Shown: positions 24,191 through 37,973, counted from the first letter of the stretch. The stretch: 64,000 nt of DNA from Eledone cirrhosa (GCA_964016885.1 OZ024763.1:7378001-7442000), one strand, 5' to 3'. Notes: generated by a model from the letters alone, not told the origin. Made by a program: numbers and translations.

Positions 24191-24712
24191 CCCCCCCTCT
24201 CACTTCCTCTCCCCCCTCCCTCCCTCTCCCCCATCCCTCCCTCTCTCTCCATCCCTCCCTCTCTCTCCATCCCTCTCTCTCTCTCCATCCCTCTCTCTCT
24301 CTCCATACACCCCTCTCTCTCTCCATTCCTCTCTCTCTCCATACATCCCTCTCCCCTCTCTTCTCTCTCTCCTTTCTTTCATCTCTCTTGTTTCTCGTTT
24401 CTCTACTCTGCTTCCTCTGTCTCTCCTCTCTCCCTCATCTCTCCTCTCTATTGTTTCTCTCCTCTCTAGTCTCTCTCTCGTTTCTCTCCCCTCTCTCGTC
24501 TTTCTCCTCTCTCCTCTCTCCCTTTCTCCTATCTCTCCCTTCTCCCTCTTTCTCTCTCCTGTCTCGCCACTCTCATCTCGCACCTCTCTCTCCCTTCTCT
24601 CTTTCTCCTCTCTCCCCTCTCTCTTGTTTCTCTCTTCTCTCACCTCTCTCTTGTTTCTCCCCCTCATCTCTGTCTCATTTCTCTCATTTTCCTCACTCTC
24701 TCGTGTTTCTCT
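24190..24712. repeat. CT-rich low-complexity tract; counterpart at about 56533-57075
   Basis: Pyrimidine-rich degenerate (CT)n. Confidence 0.9.
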
Positions 24713-25899
24713 CAGAAGAATATGTAAGAATTGGAAGATGGCTAACCATGATGAAGCAAAACAGCGAGACGGATGATGGAAATAATAAAACGTTCTTTTT
24801 CTTAACTAAATGCTGAAAAATCTAAAATCTTAGGGGAGACAGGATAAAAATATAAAGACTATTTAAATATTAGTACACTATTCCATATAAATGTCAAGAC
24901 TTGAAAATATCAACATTAGTTCACTATACCAAGGATAAACACTTTGATTAATCTCCTCCAAAGTTGTAATTCTAACGAGTGACATGATAGTACAATGGTC
25001 ATCTCTTCTTATATTTCTATGTATAACATAGCAATGCTCCTTACATTTATCCCAGGTATATGGAGGGATATTCCGATGTCTATTGTTTGTAAAATAATGC
25101 AATAAGGAAACGCCATCATCCAGTAAACTTTAGTAATACTCCAATAACGTCTCAGCCGCAATTTACGGTAGAAAATAGTAAGAAAAATAAAAGTCACACT
25201 CAGCAGTTCATGCAGTGAAAACAAACAATAACAATATTATTACTAAATAATTATAATTTCTTACATTCAATAATTCTTTTTCTTAAACACGTAATTTATT
25301 TCAAATTTGTCGTATAATATATATACTGTTTGAACCTATAAAAATGACTGGTACTCTATTTTTCTGCTATAAAATTGTAAATTAATATCCACCGAGAACA
25401 CAAAGGTGGTGTAATATCATTTAAAAATTAGAAATTGAGTTATAAATGTGTGTTCAGGGCTTAGATGTTCAGTGTGTAACAGGGTTATTGGTATTAAGTA
25501 ACATAAAATGTCGTTAGGAGTTAAATATTTAGCTGGGGATATAGAATTTCTTTAAATTATTTCTTGTACCAGTAGCGAACTGGGATCGAAACCATTGTTA
25601 TTCGGACGAAAGAAATATACAAGCTTAGCTCAATCTAGTTGGAGTTAGGGGACATTACTGCAAAGCACATCACTGTAGGTTCCAATCTTACATTGATAAA
25701 AGTGACGTTTAGCAATTTATTTGTAAGTCGCACACGGGATTTAGGTATGGCAGATTTGAAATTAGTGAACATTATTGCAGACGAAGTCATTGTAGGTTCA
25801 AATCAATACTAGGGCGTTAAGAAATAAAATGAATATTTACTTCATGAAAGACAAAGTCGACCCTTTCTAATAACAGCAACACTAAGAAAGGCATGAACG

Positions 25900-26051
25900 C
25901 CACAGTAAGTAAGGTACTCAATATATATCAGAGTATAAATATTTCATATAGAAATATCTTCTACGGGACTAGAACTGTTTCATTCGGAAAAAAATCATCA
26001 GGAAAGCCCTTGATTTCTTTCGAATGAAACCGTTCTAGTCCTGCAGAAGCC
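25900..26051 (-). mobile_element. Foldback hammerhead-like element (paralog of 4791-4976); duplicate at about 58273-58424
   Basis: Same hairpin; minus strand CTGATGA...GAAAC...GTC. Confidence 0.55.
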
Positions 26052-28634
26052 ACACACACATATGTATGTATATAAATATGTGTGTGTGTGTTCATAAGCC
26101 CAAGTGTCTATTATAATAAGGTCCCCCCCCCATCTTTGTATATTTATATGTCTATTTCCACATGGCACATCTGGTCCTCGATGTTGTCACCGCCTGCTTT
26201 ACGTAGCATCTTAACTATCTAATATTTATTCAGAGAGGTTCTCCCTTCATATCACAAATATTCCTTTCTGACTCACTGAAAACTTGTCTTGTATCATCGA
26301 GTAAAAGAGATCTAAAGAATCTGTCTGATGTTGCTATATATGTATGTAGCGACCTATAACTTGTGAGGGAGTTCTAGAGGGCCCACATTGACATTCAGGG
26401 TGTCTAGGGTACTTTGTAAAAGTTGACAGATCCCATCTCCACCCCCAGATCTCTTACAGAAAGTGAGAGAAAGATATAGAAGAATCGACCCTAGTAATAC
26501 ACTGGTACTTGTTTCTAACTACCTCGAATGGTACAATAGCGAAACCTAAACTTTGATGTACCTATATAAGTCATACCTGTTCTATATGTGATGTACGTAC
26601 ATATATGTATGTATGTAAGTGTACCTGGCGTTGCAAGTTCGGTTTTCGTAAGTGTCTGAGAATTTTTACATGAGCAAGCATGTGTCCTGATGATTAGTCA
26701 ATCGTTATTATGATGGTATATGGTATGTGCTTTTAATATATATGTATGTATATTTACATAGAAGTGAGTAAATATGAATGTATGGGTATATATAAATAAA
26801 AATGGTCTTTCTAATTGCTAATACTATCTATCGGTCGAAACTCCAGGTAGAAGTATGTGTGTGTGTGTGTGTGAAATCCTTGGTGCAGTCAGGTATATTT
26901 AAAAAAAAATAAATGACTTCATTTGTAGTTCTAAATCAAATTGTTTAGAACTACAAGTCAAGTCATTCTTTTCCTTTTTACAAATATATATATATATATA
27001 TATGAAAATATAATGGGAAGAGGTGAGTATTATAACTTTTATAAGAAATAAAGATCTAAAGACGAGTGATATAATTGTTATTACAGTATTCCAGAAGTAA
27101 AATATAGATCTGAAGACGAAAGAAAATTTCATCAACGAAATCGTAATGTACACCAACGAAAATATGTCTACAGAATACAGATTAGTAAAATAAAGTTGGA
27201 GCAACTAAATGAGAGGTCACTTAACTTTACATATTTATATCGTGAAAAATGTTGATCTTCAGATATTAAATTATGGATGTGATTGTTTGTCTTTCTTTAA
27301 ACACAGTCTTCTTTTTAAAATTAATTTTAGATTATTCGTACCTCATCTCTGGTCTCTTTTGATGGAGTCTACCTGTCCTGTTTATTGGTTTTATTTTAAA
27401 AGTAATCCATTGGAACATCAGATATTAAATGAAATGTTACGTAAAAGACACACCATATGTTTATTCCAGGTATTTAGAGAGATGTCCACTGACAACAAAA
27501 TAATAGAATAAGGAAATGCCATCATCCAGTAAAACTTGGTAATAATCCAGTCTTGTCACCAGTTACCATTTACAGTAAACAATGGTAAGAACAAACAAAA
27601 ACAAGAACTATTCAGCAGTTAATGAAGTGAATACATAAAATAAAAAAATAAATTCCTGAATAAAATAAATATTTTACTTTCATTAAATTGTTTCTTTACT
27701 TTCTTTTATAAAACACATTTATTAATAGGAATTAAGCACAGCATTGTAGGTTCAAATCTTACTTGCATGTATATATAGGAACCACGTTTAACAATTTACG
27801 CTGGAATGAGGTATGACATTATTGCAGACGGAGTTGTTGTAGGTTCAAATCAAGCCTAGAGCAATGAGAAATAGTCTAGATTTACTTGACCTCACACATA
27901 TTTCACGGTCATATGTCTATATATACATATATATACATAGACATACATATGTATATATATCTATGTATATATATGTATAGATATATATATATATATATGT
28001 AGACATATATACACAGATATATATACATATATATGTAGACATATATATATACATACATACATACATACATACATACATACATACATACATAAATATATAC
28101 ATATATATACATATTCTTTCCTGAGACATTCTAACCACATGTCCATAGTATCAGAGCTGTGATCTCTCAGTTGGGAGAAGTAGCAGCTCTACCTGGAGTG
28201 ACTCTCTGATCTCTGATCTACACACTTTATCAAGTAACGCTACTCCAAAGACCCTTTCGAGGAACCCCATTTTGGCTGCTTGTATTCGCTTTTAACTCTA
28301 CTAACTCAGTACTAACTTTAGTTAAATCTACTAAATACCATAGTGCAGCACTGAAGCTGTAAAGTGCCATACTGTGGCACCCTAGTTCGGGAGTTCAATA
28401 GTGTGTTACTCTTGTTCCCTATTGCCATATACACGTATATATATATATATATACACACATATATATAAACACATACATATATATATATAAACATACATGC
28501 TTACGTATATATATATATATATTACGTGTTGAAAATTCTATCAGTTGATAAAACAACAATATGGCATTGAAATATATATTCAACCTCAAAATTGATTTAT
28601 TTTCTATTGCAGACTTCCAATGTTATGCTTAGAA

Positions 28635-28704
28635 TTGTTCCTGACGATGTCTTTCTAAAGATGTGTAACATGTAATAGCAATGAAACAAGTGTTGATCAA
28701 ATAA
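28635..28704 (+). ncRNA. Type I hammerhead ribozyme-like motif followed by AATAAA (Penelope pLTR-like); duplicate at 61014-61083
   Basis: ttgttc-CTGACGA-(35 nt)-GAAAC-aagt-GTT-gatcaa; stem I ttgttc/gatcaa (one mismatch), short stem III. Confidence 0.55.
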
Positions 28705-28772
28705 ATAATTTATAAACTGTTGAACTTGGTGACTTATTTCTTTGTTTTATATATATATATAGAGAGAGAGGG

Positions 28773-28805
<33 letters not shown>

Positions 28806-28959
28806 CGGAAATATTGAATGTTCCAATCTTCCCTATATTGATGAGAAGCTAATTCAACATTCAATTTATGAAAGCTAAGAGAAAACCGAACATCTGCAAC
28901 AATATTGGTTCCATATTGAAAGTAGGTTGATATATATTCATTTTCAATGAGGTTTTACA

Positions 28960-29035
28960 TCCGTTTTGGTGACCCAGTGGTATGTATTAGAGGTGAATCC
29001 TTTCCTGGTCGTGAGTTCGATCTGAATCAGGATAT
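28960..29035 (+). ncRNA. Two-hairpin tRNA-like gene, diverged copy; duplicate at 61313-61388
   Basis: tgacccagtgg A-like box, gagttcgatc B box, TATA variant gatata at -31. Confidence 0.4.
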
Positions 29036-29399
29036 AATCTCACTAAATCTTACATTTTTTCTCTTATAAAATGGAAAAGTAAGACCCCCTTAATGTATGT
29101 CTTCATTGAAAACCAAACCAGGTCCTCCACCGTCGATAAAATAAAGTACCAGTAATACACTGGGATAATTGCTGGCCTTGTGCCAAAATTAGAAACAATA
29201 TAACATATAAATATTTATTTATATATATATGTGTGTGTGTTTTATTTGAACGTACAACATCGCTATATAAATCTGTTTTTATTTGTTAATAATTACATAA
29301 ATGTAACTCTACAAACCCTGCTAAGGATTGAAACCCTGACTACACATTTACAGCAACAACATAATAATTTCTGGTTTAAAATAACCTTGTGTAATTCTT

Positions 29400-29906
29400 G
29401 GTAGAGATTGAACCTCGTCACTTTATCTCACTGTTTAGTCTTTCCAATTAACACCCTATATAAAGGCAGTTTGTTCTGACTTCACAGTTGTCGAATACTT
29501 ACCACCACTCATGCTAAACACACTGCCAGTTAGATCTGTGCAGCGATGAAGGAAGGTCGTGTTATTTCTACCTCTAATGAACAACATACATATGTTATCC
29601 ATTAGAGAACAATACACAAGAGAAAGAATTAAATTGAGAATGTCAATCTTTGAAAAGGAAATTTTATTTCATTAACGAATTCAACGGCAATACATTGAGG
29701 AGAAAGGAGAAATTAATTGTAAAGGAACCTTTATGGAGATATCTTACAATATTTTTTGGGATGTAAGACCCCTTAGTTTTAAGAACAAATGTACTGAAAA
29801 CACGAAATTAATTGAAATGGAACACACATAGATTTTAAGACATGTTTATTTTCAAGACAAAATGATTGGGGGGAAGTGTAAATATGCAGCTATCCTTGTT
29901 CATGGA

Positions 29907-29957
<51 letters not shown>

Positions 29958-30590
29958 GTTTATTATATTCGTACCTTTAAGCAAAGGGCAGACGGTTGTT
30001 TTTTTTTTTTTGTTTTTTGTTTTTTTCGGGTAGAAAAGTACCCCTTATTCCCCACCCCACAAAAAAATATATTTCGAATATGTATGTTTTAATTGAAAGG
30101 TGGCTAACCATGTTAAAGGCAAAAAGTAGCAAGTGAGACGATAGGAATAATAATTTACCTAGCTAAATGCAAACAAATTTTAAATTATCGATGAATGATA
30201 TGAGCGACACCACGTAGAGTATTCCGTAGGGACATGGACGCACGACAGAAAATATTGAAAGAATCCAGAGAAGAACAAAAAATAAAAGAAGAATTATTAA
30301 GAAATCTGAGAAGAAAGTTGTAAAGACTTAGAAATTACAACTTGGGAGGAGATAAAACTAAGGGGAGACATGATAGAAATATTTAAGATGATGGAAGGAC
30401 TTGAAATTACGGAAGAAAATGTAAATCTAAGAAGAGGATACCATTATACTGTTTATAAGATACAATGCTCTAAAGACATCAGAAAATATATATTTCTGAA
30501 AGAGATATTAGTGAATGGAATAGTTTAAATGATGGAGTAGACGACACAACAGTAAATGATGATAAAAAGATATGGCAGATGAAGAACGAA
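29400..30590 (+). mobile_element. Decayed CR1/L2-clade RT (paralog); duplicate at about 62040-63140
   Basis: Homologous to 500-1712; LRGDMIEIFKMMEG, DIRKY, EWNSL. Confidence 0.75.
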
Positions 30591-30845
30591 TGAATAGATT
30601 GAAATATTTGTGATGCTGAGTAAAAGTGAGCAGAAAGCATTGTAGTGAATTTGATCATGCTATGGCAATAAGAAAAGAACTCAGTAAATCTCGCAACGCT
30701 TCAAAATATATCAACTAACTTAGAATGGTATCAATTGGCTTGGACATAACTACAGTTTAGTCGTCACTCCATGAATTTGTTAACGGTGAATATATTTTAC
30801 ATCAAAATATACAGAGATCTGTCTTCCATGATGTAGATTACGATA

Positions 30846-31655
30846 ATGTCGGTGAAACTCATTAATTTACTTCAAATACTTTCATTATTGTATGTAGTTA
30901 AGTTCGTTAAAGATTTCATGTGCTAAAAACTTACGTACTGTGTTTGTAGTCGGCGAAATATAAACTTGAAAATTCGTTAATTATGCCTGTCTTCCAATCT
31001 CATGTTGATAAAGTATATCAATCAGAATAATGTCATAGATTTTCTACATAATCGGAATGTCATTTCTAAAACTACGAATTACTTTAAAAATTACAAAACA
31101 CAAGACAAAAACGTAATGTTTACATTCGAAAGTATATGTCTATAAAATATATATTATCAGAAGTAAGTTTTAAGGAAACGAGTCCGATGTGAGAGGAGGG
31201 GCATTAAACTATAGTTATGTCGTGAAAAATGTCTAACTTCAGACATTAAATTGTGGCGGAGATTCTTTCTGCCATCGAGTGTTCCTTTGAACGTCAGTTT
31301 TTAAATATTTGTCTCTCTTTAAAGATGGATTATCTTTTGAAAAACTGTTAGATTATTCGTGGTTGGTCTGTGTGGTTTGTTTTGAAATAGCATCTCTGTC
31401 TCGTAGACAGGTCAAATTTGATCAAGTCGAACATGAGTCTTTAAAACGAAATATTGCGTAAAAGACACACCTTATGTTTATCTCGGGTATTGCGGTAGAT
31501 ATCCTGATGTCTCCATTTTGTAAATTAATCCAAATAGCAAAAGACAACATCCAGTAAACCTTGGTAATAATCCAGTTCCGCCATTTGCAATAGAATATAA
31601 GAAGAAACAAAAACAAAAGGCACACTGGGCAGTTAATGTATTGAAAATCGTAATA
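30846..31655 (+). pseudogene. Degenerate secreted LRR-like protein remnant; duplicate from 63398 to window end
   Basis: MSVKLINLLQILSLLYVVKFVKDFMC*KLTYCVC (signal-peptide-like plus Cys cap), NVIDFLHN...NYFKNY, TLNCGGD, QHPVNLGNNPV; many stops and frameshifts. Confidence 0.35.
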
Positions 31656-32502
31656 AAAATAAAACTACTGAATAAAAATGTCTTACTGTCATTATTTAAT
31701 TTTTTTCATTTATTTATTGCTAACACATACTTTAATATATATATACACACACACACATATATATATTTACACATACAGATAGACCGTCTTTGTTTGTAAC
31801 TGAGGCAAAAGTCAGAAATTTACGGGGAGAATTCGATCGATTAAATTGGTTCCAGTATGTGACTGGTACTATATTTTATCTATCCAAAAATAAAAATGTT
31901 AAATTAATCAGGGCCAGATTTTCACCGAGATGAGAACGCAAGGTGAAGTAATATCAATTAAAAATTGAGGTGTTATTATTTTCTCATTTAGTTACAAAGT
32001 CGTGTGAGACTTGGTAGTTAAGTATTTAATGTAGTTTGTGGTGCTGTCAGGAGTTCAATATTTAGCTGCGGATATAGAATTTCTTTTATTTTTAAGAAAC
32101 AAAAAAACATATACATATCGTTATTTAGTTGAATTTGTGTAAAATTACTGCAAAACATATCGTTGTAGGTTCAGATCTTACACTGCTACATATATTATCT
32201 ATATAGAAATCAGGTTTAACAATTTACGGGCGTATTGTACGAGGTGGGAATATTTCACACACACAAACCAGGTATGATAGATTTCAAGTTAGTAAATATT
32301 ATTGTAGACGGGGACATTGTAGATTCAAATCAACCGTAGAGCGATAAGAAACAAAGTGAAGATTTAATTTATCAAAGACCCAGGAGGATGAAAGACAGAG
32401 TCGACCCTTTTGAGTAGCAATAACATTGAGTAAGGCATGAACGCCACGACGTGAATTTTGCTTGGAAATACAAAAGTAGGTTTATATGTATGAATTTTCT
32501 CA

Positions 32503-32578
32503 GTGGTCTCTGTTGCCAAGTGGTAAGAATGAGAGACGGTGGAGATCCGGGTCTGGGGTTCGATTTCTGCCAAGATTA
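32503..32578 (+). ncRNA. Two-hairpin tRNA-like gene copy (TATA spacing shortened by about 11 nt)
   Basis: ttgccaagtgg, ggttcgatt, gtctct/agagac stem, T7 downstream. Confidence 0.45.
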
Positions 32579-32631
32579 AGAACGTCTTTTTTTAATTTTA
32601 TCTCTAATAAGAAACGAAAAAAAAATTCGGC

Positions 32632-32709
32632 GTAGCTCCAGTCCGAGATTGGACCCCAGACCAGGATCTCCACCGTCTTTAACACCTACCACTAGCCCAC
32701 AGAGACAAC
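32632..32709 (-). ncRNA. Two-hairpin tRNA-like gene copy (convergent partner)
   Basis: tgggctagtggtagg; B box mutated (ggtccaatc); TATAAA at -31; T9 downstream. Confidence 0.45.
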
Positions 32710-33149
32710 CACAAAAGTACTATGAAAATTTATATTTATAAAGCTACTTTTCTATATCCAATCAAACTTGATGTGGTGGCCTTCATGTTTTTCGCAATGT
32801 TATTCGTACTACAAACGGTCATCCTTGTATTTTATTCATCTGGGGGTTTCCGAAACCTACCTTGTATTTCCAAGCATAATAGACGCTGTGGCATTCATGC
32901 CTTTCTCAGCATTATCAATACTTCAAACGTGTCGACATTTGTTTTTATTCTTCTGGCAATTTCAGAAAATATATCTTCACTTACTTTCTCTAAGGTTCAT
33001 TTCATCCTACAACCCGATGGTCTGCAGTGGCCTTCTTCAACTGTCATACCTCACTATTAAATTTATTGATGTCCTTCGTTAAAAATAACCTACTGTAATT
33101 CTTGATAGAGATTCAACCCTGTCACTTTATCTCACTGCTTATTCAGGGA

Positions 33150-34325
33150 CCAAGGTCCTCAATCTCGGAGAATATTGATAAGGAGAGAAGATTGTATCCT
33201 TATCTGGTCCATCTTTCCAGTTAATACGGTATATAAATGGTACTTTGTTGGGATTTAACACTAAACACGTGATGTTCACCGTTGTCAGCTAAACACACTG
33301 CCAGTTTGCTATCTGCAGCGGTGAAAGAAGGTCGTGTTATTTCTACAGCTCACATACATTGTTTTATTCATTAGATAACAATATAGAAGATAAAGAATGA
33401 ATATGAGAATGTCAGTCTTTTAAAAGTATAATTTATTATATTAGAGCAAAATCTTGAATTAACGATAGTTTGTGAAACTAAAGTTAAAATGGACGAAGCA
33501 ACAATTGTATGACAAATTGTTTATTGATAAGAAGGAGAAATGATTGCATCTTCAACGGCAATACAATCTATTGAAAATCGAACACTTACAGAGACCTCAT
33601 ACAGGATTTTTCGGAATACATTTTGAAGAAAATATGTTTTGAGGAAGAGTTAAAAATAGGGAGATACATATACATGGCTAGTATATACTTTAATTATCAT
33701 ATTTGTATCTTGAACGTATAAGACGCCAGCAGGTTTTAACATCGAATATTGATGTAAAATTGTGTTTTTTTTTGTTTCACCCACCCCCAACAAATGTGGA
33801 ATATGTATCAATTTGAATTTAAAGGTAGCTAACCATCTCACAGGAAAAAAACCACAACACCAAGTCGGATTATAGGAATGATGAAATATTATTTTACCTA
33901 CCTAAATACAGGAATATTAAAACTCTATATAAATGATATCTGTGATACTACTTAGAATATTATTTGCAGGTATGGTCACCCGACTTCCGAAAGGAGAGAG
34001 AAGCTATTGAAGGAATCCAGAGAAGAAAAAAGCATGAAATACCAGAATTCTTGAGAAGAAAGATGTAAAAAGCAAGGAATTACGACTTTGGAGGAGATAA
34101 AGCTAAGGGGAGACATAAAAGAAATATTTAAGATAATGAAAGGATTTGAAATTACAGAAGAAAATGTAAGAAGAGGACACCATTATACTGTTTATAAGAA
34201 ACAATGCTCTAAAGACATCAGAAAATATATATTTCTCAAAGAGATATTAGTGCATGGAATAGTTTAAATGATGGAGTAGACGACACAACAGTAAATGATT
34301 ATAAAAAGATATGGCAGATGAAGAA
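33150..34325 (+). mobile_element. Decayed CR1/L2-clade RT, duplicate of 560-1712
   Basis: Near-identical to copy 1. Confidence 0.8.
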
Positions 34326-34817
34326 CGAATGAATAGATTAAAATATTTGTGATGATGAGTAAAAGTGAGCAGAAAGCATTGTAGTGAATTTGATCATGCT
34401 ATGGCAATAAGAAAAGAACTCAGTAAATCTCGCAATACTTCAAAATATATCAACTAACTTAGAATTGTATCAACTGGCTTGGACATAACTACAGTTTAGT
34501 CGTCACTCCATGTTAACGGTGAATATAATTTCATGAAAATATACAGAGATCTGTCTTCCATCCTTGGTGTGTATATAAATGTATGGAAATAGGAAAATCT
34601 GCTTCGTAGAATCAAGACGTATCTGAGGACCTTACGATTTTCAGTCAGGTTCGTTCATCACATCGATCGTGACTCGATTTGGTCACCAGAGAAACGATTG
34701 TAATATGTCCAATAAATTCCATTCGTCGCAACACTGATTCTCTATTTTTCTGGGATATCATACTCTACTCTATGAGAGCATCGAGTGCTAATACGGCTTT
34801 AAGCATCCAACACCAAT

Positions 34818-34852
<35 letters not shown>

Positions 34853-35610
34853 TCATAAGCCCAAGTGTTTATGATGATAAGGTCCCCCTATTTTTGTATA
34901 TTTATATGTCGATGCCTATTTCCACTTGTCTTCCATCATCGAGTAAAAGTGATCTACATAAAGGATCTGTCTGATGTTGCTATGTATGTAGGGACGTATA
35001 GCTTGCGAGGGAGTCTTGGTGACCCCACGTTGATATTCGGGGTGTCTTGGGTATTTTGTAAAAGCTGACTGATCCCATCTCTACCCTAGATCTGATCACA
35101 GAAGATATTTACCAGAGAAGGAGAGAAAGTAGGAGAAAGGAAGTAAGAAAGAGATATAGAAGAAGAATCGACCCCAGTACTACACTGGAACTTCGCTTTA
35201 TCTACCTCGAATGGTGCTATAGTGGAACATTAACTTTGATGTACCTATATAAGTCATACCTTTTCTATACGTCTGTGTATGTACAGGTGTGTGTATGTAA
35301 GTGTACGTGGCGTTGCAAGTTCGGTTTTCATAAGTATCTCTGTGAAATTTTAACAAGAGCAAGCATGTGTCCTGATGGTTACTCAATCGTTTTTAAGCTG
35401 GTATATGGTATGTGTTTTTAATATGTATATATATTTACATAGAAGTGAGTAAATATGAATGTATGGGTATGTATATACATATATAGACAGTCGATCGACC
35501 TTCGTCAGATCGGACCGACGAAACAATGTTTCCACTGGTCTTTCCAATTGCTAATACTATCTATCGGTCGAAACTCCAGGTGGAAATAAATAAATAAATA
35601 AATACATTAA

Positions 35611-35671
<61 letters not shown>

Positions 35672-35720
35672 TAAAATATATATATAATAAAACAAGGACG
35701 AATGGGTACACCTTCATTAC

Positions 35721-35762
35721 GTTTATTGGTTCGTGGCGCGCGTTTCGCTATTCATCAGATTA
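35721..35762 (-). ncRNA. Degenerate minimal hammerhead-like motif followed by AATAAA; counterpart at 6067-6105
   Basis: CTGATGA-atagc-GAAAC-gcgc-GCC; stem II vestigial and cleavage triplet non-canonical. Confidence 0.3.
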
Positions 35763-37015
35763 AAGTTCGTTCTGTATCGATCTAGCCCGACTCTGTAATC
35801 AATAACTTGTATATATATGTGTGTATGTATATATGAAATCGCCCATGGGACACCCTGGTGTAATCTAAATACACAGAGTGTGCGGTTAGCTGTTTTTAAA
35901 TGATTACCCCTCCTCATATTCCCTTGTTTATATACTGTATTGTAATACATGGCAACCTTAATACTTAATAATATCGAGATGAAAATATAAATGTTAATAC
36001 AGTATTCCAGAAGTAAAATAGAGATCTAATGGGAGGAGGTGAGTATTATAACTTTTACAAGAAATAAAGATCTAAAGACGAGTGAAAACTTTCATCAACG
36101 AAATCGTAATGTACACCAACGAAAATATATGTCTACAGAATACAGATTAGTAAAATAAAGTTAGAGCAAATAAATGAGAGGTCACTTAACTTTACATATT
36201 TAGTTTTATTTATATCGTGAAAAATGTTGATCTTCAGATATTAAAGTGTGGATGTGATTGTCTTTGTCTTTACGTGTTTGTTGGAAATCCTTTTTTAATG
36301 TTTCTTTCTTTAAACATTGTCTTTTTTTAAAATTAATTTTAGATTATTCGTACCTCATCTCTGGTCTCTTTGTTGGAGTCTACCTGTCCTGTTTATTGGT
36401 TTTATTTTAAAAGTAATCCATTGGAACATCAGATATTAAATGAGATGTTACGTAAAAGACACACCATATGTTTATTCCAGGTATTTAGAGAGATGTCCAC
36501 TGACAACAAAATAAGGAAATGCCATCATCCAGTAAAACTTGGTAATAATCCAGTCTCGTCACAGCCACCATTTACAGTAAACAATGGTAAGAACAAACAA
36601 AAACAAGAGAACTATTCAGCAGTTAATGAAGTGAATACATAAAATAAAAAAAAAACATTCCTGAATAAAATAAATTTTTTACTTTCATTAAATTGTTTCT
36701 TTACTTTCTTTTATAAAACACACTTATTAATATAAATTAAGCACAGCATTGTAGGTTCAAATCTTACTTGCATGTATATATAGAAAGCACGTTTAACAAT
36801 TTACGGGTACGACGAGCTAAGCTGGAATGAGGTATGACATTATTGCAGACGGAGTTGTTGTAGGTTCAAATCAAGCCTAGAGCAATGAGAAATAAAGTCT
36901 AGATTTACTTTATGAATTCAAGGACGTCCCGAAAAAGCCATGAATGCCACTACATCGAGTTTTCAACCGAACAAAATGTAGTTTTATAAATATTAATTTT
37001 CACAACGAATTCGTA

Positions 37016-37380
37016 CAGTCCTTATAATTTGCACACACGCAAAGTTTTTGCATCAATTTTTGCTTTTAAGTCAGGCAAGAGTTATGTTTCTTGGCAAACA
37101 TTTCAAGTTTGTTTACAAAAAAAATCCTTTTGTTTAAAAAAGTTCGCCTGAATTTTGACCAAAGATTTTTCAATCTTTTCACTTCCGGTTTCTGTATTTT
37201 TCATAAAAAACAACAATAAATATGCTAGAAATAGCATCAAAGCAACGCATATACATGTATACACACATAAATACATATGTTTATTTATTTATTATGAGTA
37301 CAAATTAAAGTTTAAGCAAAGAATCGCTGCTTTCAACTTGTTACGGGATCGTCAGAAACAATAGTCTATTTGAATTACTT
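37016..37380. mobile_element. Insertion flanked by a ~48-bp direct repeat of the TATA region (possible DNA-transposon end)
   Basis: ccgaacaaaatgtagttttataaatattaattttcac(a/t)acgaattcgta at about 36967-37015 and 37381-37429; the insert starts TA|CAGT. Confidence 0.4.
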
Positions 37381-37429
37381 CCGAACAAAATGTAGTTTTA
37401 TAAATATTAATTTTCACTACGAATTCGTA

Positions 37430-37505
37430 TATTCTCTCTGGCCCAGTAGTATGTATTAGAAACGGTGAAATCCTGATCTAGGGTTCAATCTCTATCAGGG
37501 TCTAC
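37430..37505 (+). ncRNA. Two-hairpin tRNA-like gene copy (absent from block 1)
   Basis: TATAAA 37399-37404 (-31); tggcccagtag; gggttcaatc; stem tcctgat/atcaggg. Confidence 0.45.
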
Positions 37506-37602
37506 ACTATGGGTGGTATTATTAAGTTTTAGTTTACCTCTTCTAAAATAAAAACCATTAAAAAGTAAGTTTATAAATATTAATTTTCACTATGATTTCA
37601 TA

Positions 37603-37679
37603 ACCGTCTCAGTGGTCTAGTGGTAGACATTAGAGACAGTGGTGATATTGATTGGGGGTTCGATCTCTGTCAGGTGTAC
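37603..37679 (+). ncRNA. Two-hairpin tRNA-like gene copy (duplicate of 7346-7422)
   Basis: TATAAA 37572-37577; A and B boxes intact. Confidence 0.55.
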
Positions 37680-37763
37680 ATGAAAACCTTGTACAGAAAT
37701 TCTGTTTTTATAAAAAATTGAAAAAGTAGGTTTATAAATATTAATTTTCAGAAAGTTTTTATA

Positions 37764-37840
37764 ACCGCCTCCGTAGACTAGTGGTAAGTATTAGAGGTGA
37801 TGGAGATGCTGGTCTGGGGTTCGATCTCAGTCAGATACCT
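37764..37840 (+). ncRNA. Two-hairpin tRNA-like gene copy (duplicate of 7507-7583)
   Basis: TATAAA 37733-37738; stem gcctc/gaggt. Confidence 0.5.
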
Positions 37841-37896
37841 GCAACCTCTATTTTTCGTTCATTTTATGAAAAATTAAAAAAATTTAAATTTCTCGA

Positions 37897-37973
37897 GAGA
37901 TTCCTGACTGAGATTGAACCCCAGACCAGCATCACCACTGTCCCAACACCTACCACTAGGCTACCGAGACAAC
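37897..37973 (-). ncRNA. Two-hairpin tRNA-like gene copy (duplicate of 7640-7716)
   Basis: Convergent partner; A and B boxes and TATA present. Confidence 0.55.

Noticed and set aside
28140-28158. CA + tagtatcagagc resembling an LTR primer-binding site
   Set aside because: It matches the plant-type initiator-Met PBS with a mismatch, not the animal one, and no LTR pair or gag/pol is visible.
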